Shown: positions 60,028 to 64,000 of the stretch, piece by piece
Position numbering within the stretch: the stretch's first letter is position 1
Layout: every line of letters begins with the position of its first letter
Source of the DNA: Frankiales bacterium
GTDB lineage: Bacteria; Actinomycetota; Actinomycetes; Mycobacteriales; SCTD01
Direction of reading: 5' to 3'
Assembly (NCBI GenBank): GCA_025965475.1
Contig: JAOPWV010000105.1
Location: 320-64,319 of the forward strand
DNA length: 64,000 bases
The notes under the pieces: model-generated
Told to the model about the DNA's origin: nothing
Databases searched by the model: none
Seen by the model: only the letters and a program-made list of their open reading frames with translations
Position numbers and translations under genes: made by a program

Positions 60028-61515
60028 TCAGCTCACCTCCTTGGGCAGCGTGAAGACGACGTCCTCCTCGGCGACCTGCACGGTGTGGACCGTCACCGTG
60101 CCGAGCCCGGCGAGGCAGCCCACCAGCTCGTCGACCAGGTGCGGCGGGGCGGAGGCGCCGGCCGTGATGCCGATCCGGCGGGCACCGGCCAGCCAGCGCA
60201 GGTCCACGTCCGCGGCCTCGTCCACCAGGTACGCCCTGGTCCCCTCCCGCTCGGCGACCTCGACCAGTCGCCGGGAGTTGGACGAGTTGCCGGAGCCGAC
60301 GACCAGTACGAGGTCACTGCACGCGGCGACCTCCCGCACCGCCGCCTGGCGGTTGCTCGTGGCGAAGCAGATGTCGTCGGTGCGCGGGCCGCGCAGCGCG
60401 GGGAACCGCTGCCGCAGCAGGGCGGCCACGTCCTCCGCCTCGTCGACGGCCAGCGTGGTCTGGGTGACATAGGCGACCCGGCCGGGATCGGGGGCCCCGA
60501 CGGCCGCGGCCTGGGCCAGGTCCTCCACGACGACGACGTCCTGCGGCGCCTCCCCCAGGGTGCCCTGCACCTCCTCGTGGTCGCGATGGCCGACCAGGAA
60601 GACGCGGTCCCCGGCCGCGGCGTACCGCCGGACCTCCGCGTGCACCTTCGCCACGAGCGGGCAGGTGGCGTCGATGACCAGCAGCCCGCGCTGCTCGGCC
60701 TCCGCGCGGACCGCCGGGGCCACGCCGTGCGCGGCGAGGACGACCCGGCCGCCCTCGGGGACCTCGTCGATCTCCTCCACGAAGACCGCGCCGCGGTCGC
60801 GCAGGCCGCGTACGACGTGGGCGTTGTGCACGACCTGCCGGCGCACGTGGACCGGCGGTCCGTACCGCTCCAAGGCGAGCTCGACGATGTCCACGGCCCG
60901 CTCCACCCCGGCGCAGAACGACCGCGGGCTGGCGAGCAGCACCTCCCGGTCGCCGAGCGCCTCGGCCCACTGCCGTAACGCCGGGGCGGCGGCGCGCAGC
61001 GTCCGCAGGGCAGCGAGCCCACGGGCTGCGGTGCGCGGCCGCCACAGCGGGAGCTCTGCCGTGTCCACGATCACCCGTACGACGGCGCACGGCCTGCCCG
61101 GCGCTGTGGCCAGCGCCCCGGACTCCATGTCGACGGCGAGGGCGCCGCCTCCGGCGAGCGCGGCCCGGGCTGCTCCGCCCACCAGCCGCGGACTCGACGC
61201 CACCGGCCCGAGATGCACCGGCAGCCCGCAGCGGCTGAGCGCTCCGGCCAGCAGCGGCGCGGACGGCACCGCCAGCCGACGGCCGCCTGTCACCACCTCG
61301 GAAGCCACCACGACGTCGCCCGGCCGGACCTCCGGTGCCAGGCCGCCGCCGAGGCCGGCCATCAGCAGGCCGGCCGACCGCTCCCGCAGCCGGGCGACCG
61401 CGCGGGCGGCCCGGTCCGGGCCCATTCCGGTCCGGCCGAGCGGCACGCTGCCGAGCCGCCCGCGCAGGGCCGCCTGCTCCAGCCCCAGGGCCGTGACCAC
61501 GGCGCCGGCCGTCAT
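60028..61515 (-). CDS. apparent fusion: HpnG-like nucleosidase (PNP/UDP-phosphorylase fold) + IspH (HMBPP reductase)
   Basis: ATG at 61515 overlaps the shc stop. There is a single open frame with no stop codon to 60028. The N-terminal 190 aa or so contain GMGPDRAA...MAGLGGGL...AVDMESGA (nucleosidase-like). From aa 192 or so, VLLASPRSFCAGVERAV...IDATCPLV...SNSRRLVE is full-length IspH. Confidence 0.8.
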   Translation of the reverse strand: MTAGAVVTALGLEQAALRGRLGSVPLGRTGMGPDRAARAVARLRERSAGLLMAGLGGGLAPEVRPGDVVVASEVVTGGRRLAVPSAPLLAGALSRCGLPVHLGPVASSPRLVGGAARAALAGGGALAVDMESGALATAPGRPCAVVRVIVDTAELPLWRPRTAARGLAALRTLRAAAPALRQWAEALGDREVLLASPRSFCAGVERAVDIVELALERYGPPVHVRRQVVHNAHVVRGLRDRGAVFVEEIDEVPEGGRVVLAAHGVAPAVRAEAEQRGLLVIDATCPLVAKVHAEVRRYAAAGDRVFLVGHRDHEEVQGTLGEAPQDVVVVEDLAQAAAVGAPDPGRVAYVTQTTLAVDEAEDVAALLRQRFPALRGPRTDDICFATSNRQAAVREVAACSDLVLVVGSGNSSNSRRLVEVAEREGTRAYLVDEAADVDLRWLAGARRIGITAGASAPPHLVDELVGCLAGLGTVTVHTVQVAEEDVVFTLPKEVS

Positions 61516-63413
61516 GACGGCCCCGCCAGGTAGCGGCCGAGCGCGCTCACCGGGAAGACCAGCCGGTACAGGTGGTAGTTGATCGAGAAGTCGCCGGGGA
61601 ACCCGGTGCCGGTGAACTGCGGCTCGTCCCACGTGCCGTCCGCGCGCTGATGCTCCACCAGCCAGGCGACCCCGCGCTGGGTCACGGTCCCGCGTTCGCC
61701 GGCCGCCAGCAGGGCGAGCAGCGCCCAGGCCGTCTGCGATGCCGTCGGCGTACCCCGCCCGATCCATGCCGGGTCCCGGTAGGACCGGATGTCCTCCCCC
61801 CAGCCGCCGTCGGCGGCCTGGTGCTCCAGCAGCCAGTGCACGGCGCGGCGCACCGGTGGCGCGTCGCGGTGCAGGCCGGCCGCCACCAGGGCGGGTACGA
61901 CGGCGCCGGTGCCGTACACGTGGTTGACCCCCCAGCGGCCGAACCAGGAACCACCTGGCTCCTGGTTCGCGAGCAGCCAGGAGACGCCCCGGCGGCAAGG
62001 CTCGCCGTCCGCCTCTCCGAGGTGCGCCAGCGCTTCGACCACGTGCGCCGTCACGTCCGCGGACGGCGGGTCGAGGACCTCGCCGAAGTCGCAGAACGGC
62101 AGCCGGGTGACCAGCCGGCGGGTGTTGTCCGCGTCGAACGCCGCCCAGCCGCCGTCCCGGCACTGCATGCCGGTCAGCCAGGCGGTGCCGCGGCGTGCGG
62201 CGGCCGTCAGTCGCCGCGGGTCAGGGTGGTCGGTGCGGCGGAGCGCGAGGACGATCTCGGCGGTGTCGTCGATGTCCGGGTACCCGTCGTTGGCGAACTC
62301 GAAGGCCCAGCCGCCCGGCGCCAGCCGCGGCCGGCGTACCGCCCAGTCGCCGGAGACGCGCACCTCCTCCCCGAGCAGCCAGTCCGCCGCCTGCACCACG
62401 GCGGGATCGTCCGCGGGGACGTCCGCATCCCGCAGCGCGGTCACCGCGAGCGCCGTGTCCCAGACCGGGGACTGGCAGGCCTCCACCCGCCGGACCACCC
62501 CGACCGGCGTCTGCTCGCGGATCACGAAGCCCTCGAGCCCCGCCAGGCCGGCCCGGACGACCTGCTCGTCAGCCGGGTCACCCAGCAGGTGCAGGGCCAG
62601 CAGCGAGTAGACCCAGGGCGGCTGGATCCCGCCCCACGAACCGTCGCCCTCCTGCCGGTCCCTGACCCACGCGGCGGCCCGGCGCAACGCGTGCGCCCGC
62701 AGCGCGGGCAGCGGTCGCCGGTCATATGCGTGCAGCAGCCGGTCGAGTCGCTGGAACGCCCCGGACCAGGTGCGCAGCGGGGCCCGGTCCGGCGGCGCGG
62801 AACCGTCCACGTGCAGCGGGGCGAGGTCGAACGGCAGCGGCCGGCAGGGCCGGAGCGTGCGTACGACGGTGAGCGGCACGACGGTCTGCCGGGCCCAGCA
62901 GGCGAAGTCGTAGACGTTGAGCGGCACCCAGGCCGGCAGCAGGACCAGCTCCGGCGGCAGGCTCGGCAGGTCGTCCCAGGACCACAGCCCGAACAGCGCG
63001 AGCCAGATGCGCGTGAACACCCGCGTCCGGGCGACCCCGCCGTGCGCGCGGACGAACCCGGCGGCTGCCGCCAGGGGCGCCGTATCCGGGTCGTGGCCGG
63101 CGAGGCGCAGGGCGACCCAGGCCTCGACGGTGGTCGACAGGTCCCCGGGTCCGCCCCGGAAGGTGGCCCAGCTGCCGTCCGCGCGCTGCTGCGACCTGAT
63201 CCAGCGGGCCGCCTCGTCGGTCTCCTGGGCGGTGCGCACGCCGAGGAATTCGCGGAGCAGCAGGTCCTCCGCGTCGATGGTCACGTTCGTCTCGAGCTCG
63301 CCCTTCCACCAGCCCTCGGGCGCCTGCAGGGCGCGCAGCCGCGCGACCGCCCGTTGCAGGGTGGCCTCGGTGGCGGCGGACGCGACAGCCGTGCGCGGGC
63401 TGGTGACGGTCAT
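61512..63413 (-). CDS. shc: squalene-hopene cyclase
   Basis: Track ORF 61512..63905 was trimmed to ATG at 63413 (MTVTSPRTAV). The catalytic motif is DIDDTAE. Repeated QW-type motifs (QRADGSW, QEGDGSWGG, QCRDGGW, QEPGGSW, QAADGGWG, QRADGTW) are present. Confidence 0.95.
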   Translation of the reverse strand: MTVTSPRTAVASAATEATLQRAVARLRALQAPEGWWKGELETNVTIDAEDLLLREFLGVRTAQETDEAARWIRSQQRADGSWATFRGGPGDLSTTVEAWVALRLAGHDPDTAPLAAAAGFVRAHGGVARTRVFTRIWLALFGLWSWDDLPSLPPELVLLPAWVPLNVYDFACWARQTVVPLTVVRTLRPCRPLPFDLAPLHVDGSAPPDRAPLRTWSGAFQRLDRLLHAYDRRPLPALRAHALRRAAAWVRDRQEGDGSWGGIQPPWVYSLLALHLLGDPADEQVVRAGLAGLEGFVIREQTPVGVVRRVEACQSPVWDTALAVTALRDADVPADDPAVVQAADWLLGEEVRVSGDWAVRRPRLAPGGWAFEFANDGYPDIDDTAEIVLALRRTDHPDPRRLTAAARRGTAWLTGMQCRDGGWAAFDADNTRRLVTRLPFCDFGEVLDPPSADVTAHVVEALAHLGEADGEPCRRGVSWLLANQEPGGSWFGRWGVNHVYGTGAVVPALVAAGLHRDAPPVRRAVHWLLEHQAADGGWGEDIRSYRDPAWIGRGTPTASQTAWALLALLAAGERGTVTQRGVAWLVEHQRADGTWDEPQFTGTGFPGDFSINYHLYRLVFPVSALGRYLAGPS

Positions 63414-64000
63414 CAGCACTCCCTCCCGACGACGAACCGGCCCAGCGCGACCAGGTCGCCGCACGCGTCCGCCGGCACGGGGGCGGCCAGCAGCGCCTGC
63501 TCGGCGTACGCCAGCCGGCGGGCCGCCTCGGCCGCGGCCCACGCCCGGCCGCCGGCCCGTTCCACCAGGTCGGCCGCCCGTCGTAGCTGCTCCTCGCCCC
63601 GGGCTGTGCCGGCGGCGAGCCAGTCCGCGAGCTCGGTACCGGCCGCGCCGCCATGGGCCAGCGCCCACGTGACCGGCAGCGTCTTCTTGCCGGTACGCAG
63701 GTCCGACAGGACCGGCTTCCCCGTGACGGCCGGATCGCCCCAGATGCCCAGCAGGTCGTCCACGAGCTGGAAGGCCAGCCCCAGCTCGCGCCCGAACGCC
63801 GCGAGTGCGGCGCAGAGAGACCCGGGCGCGCCGGCGAGCACCGCGCCGATGCTGGCGCTGGCCGAGAGCAGGGCGCCGGTCTTGCCGGCCGCCATCGTCA
63901 GGCACTGCTCGACGCCGACGACCGGCCGTTCTTCGAAGGCGACGTCCTCGGCCTGCCCGCGGACCAGTTCCTGGGTGGCGTCCGCCAGGAGCCGCGCGGC
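63413..64000 (-). CDS. polyprenyl diphosphate synthase (5' end outside window)
   Basis: The C-terminal part carries the second Asp-rich motif FQLVDDLLGIWGD and the GKTGALL block. The frame stays open to the window edge, and the stop shares 1 nt with the shc start. Confidence 0.8.
   Translation of the reverse strand, partial: AARLLADATQELVRGQAEDVAFEERPVVGVEQCLTMAAGKTGALLSASASIGAVLAGAPGSLCAALAAFGRELGLAFQLVDDLLGIWGDPAVTGKPVLSDLRTGKKTLPVTWALAHGGAAGTELADWLAAGTARGEEQLRRAADLVERAGGRAWAAAEAARRLAYAEQALLAAPVPADACGDLVALGRFVVGREC

Noticed and set aside
1-64000. A search for rRNA, tRNA, CRISPR arrays, IS elements, transposases, integrases, phage genes or defence-system hallmarks
   Set aside because: I recognised none. 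There are no repeat-spacer periodicity, no cloverleaf-like conserved tRNA boxes in the few intergenic gaps, no DDE or tyrosine recombinase motifs, and no obvious compositional island apart from small AT-richer promoter regions.

Overview
This is a very GC-rich, strongly GC3-biased, densely coding chromosomal segment, by gene content from a high-GC actinobacterium. I call about 60 CDS. By eye I found no rRNA, tRNA, CRISPR array, transposase or integrase. Most long ORFs in the six-frame track are alternate-frame or antisense artefacts of the GC content. Many real genes are listed with spurious N-terminal extensions, which I trimmed to in-frame starts that overlap the upstream stop. Modules in order are as follows. 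(1) A thioesterase-like gene, a pirin, a DUF1697-like gene and two OmpR/histidine-kinase pairs. (2) A lipoprotein, two ABC ATPases and an 875-aa FtsX-type permease. (3) murT-gatD, a NodB deacetylase and a DMT-like membrane protein. (4) A two-component system divergent from a LolA-like protein plus an ABC-2 exporter. (5) A 1530-aa RsbW-like/GAF/PAS/PP2C regulator. (6) A complete group 1h (Hhy-type) [NiFe]-hydrogenase locus: a tandem-SIS protein, hypF, hhySL, four conserved unknowns, an endopeptidase, a 39-aa micro-ORF and hypA-C-C'-D-E, with no hypB in the window. (7) An aerobic benzoyl-CoA (box) pathway cluster with a benzoate-CoA ligase, boxC and boxB, a PaaX-type regulator and a PaaI thioesterase. 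It has no boxA; a TrxR-like ferredoxin-NADP reductase and a 7Fe ferredoxin sit inside the operon instead. Three copies of a CTAC-N27-GTAGCA element lie at its promoter regions. (8) A CBS protein, a PrsW-like protease, an Opu-type osmoprotectant ABC transporter, a cupredoxin lipoprotein and two more DMT-like proteins. (9) A glycosyltransferase and an SDR. (10) A hopanoid cluster: dxs, hpnH, an apparent hpnG-ispH fusion, shc and a partial polyprenyl synthase. The points most worth follow-up are the unknown genes inside the hydrogenase operon, the BoxA-less box cluster with its shared operator/promoter element, the HpnG-IspH fusion, and the giant kinase/phosphatase-type regulator next to the hydrogenase locus.
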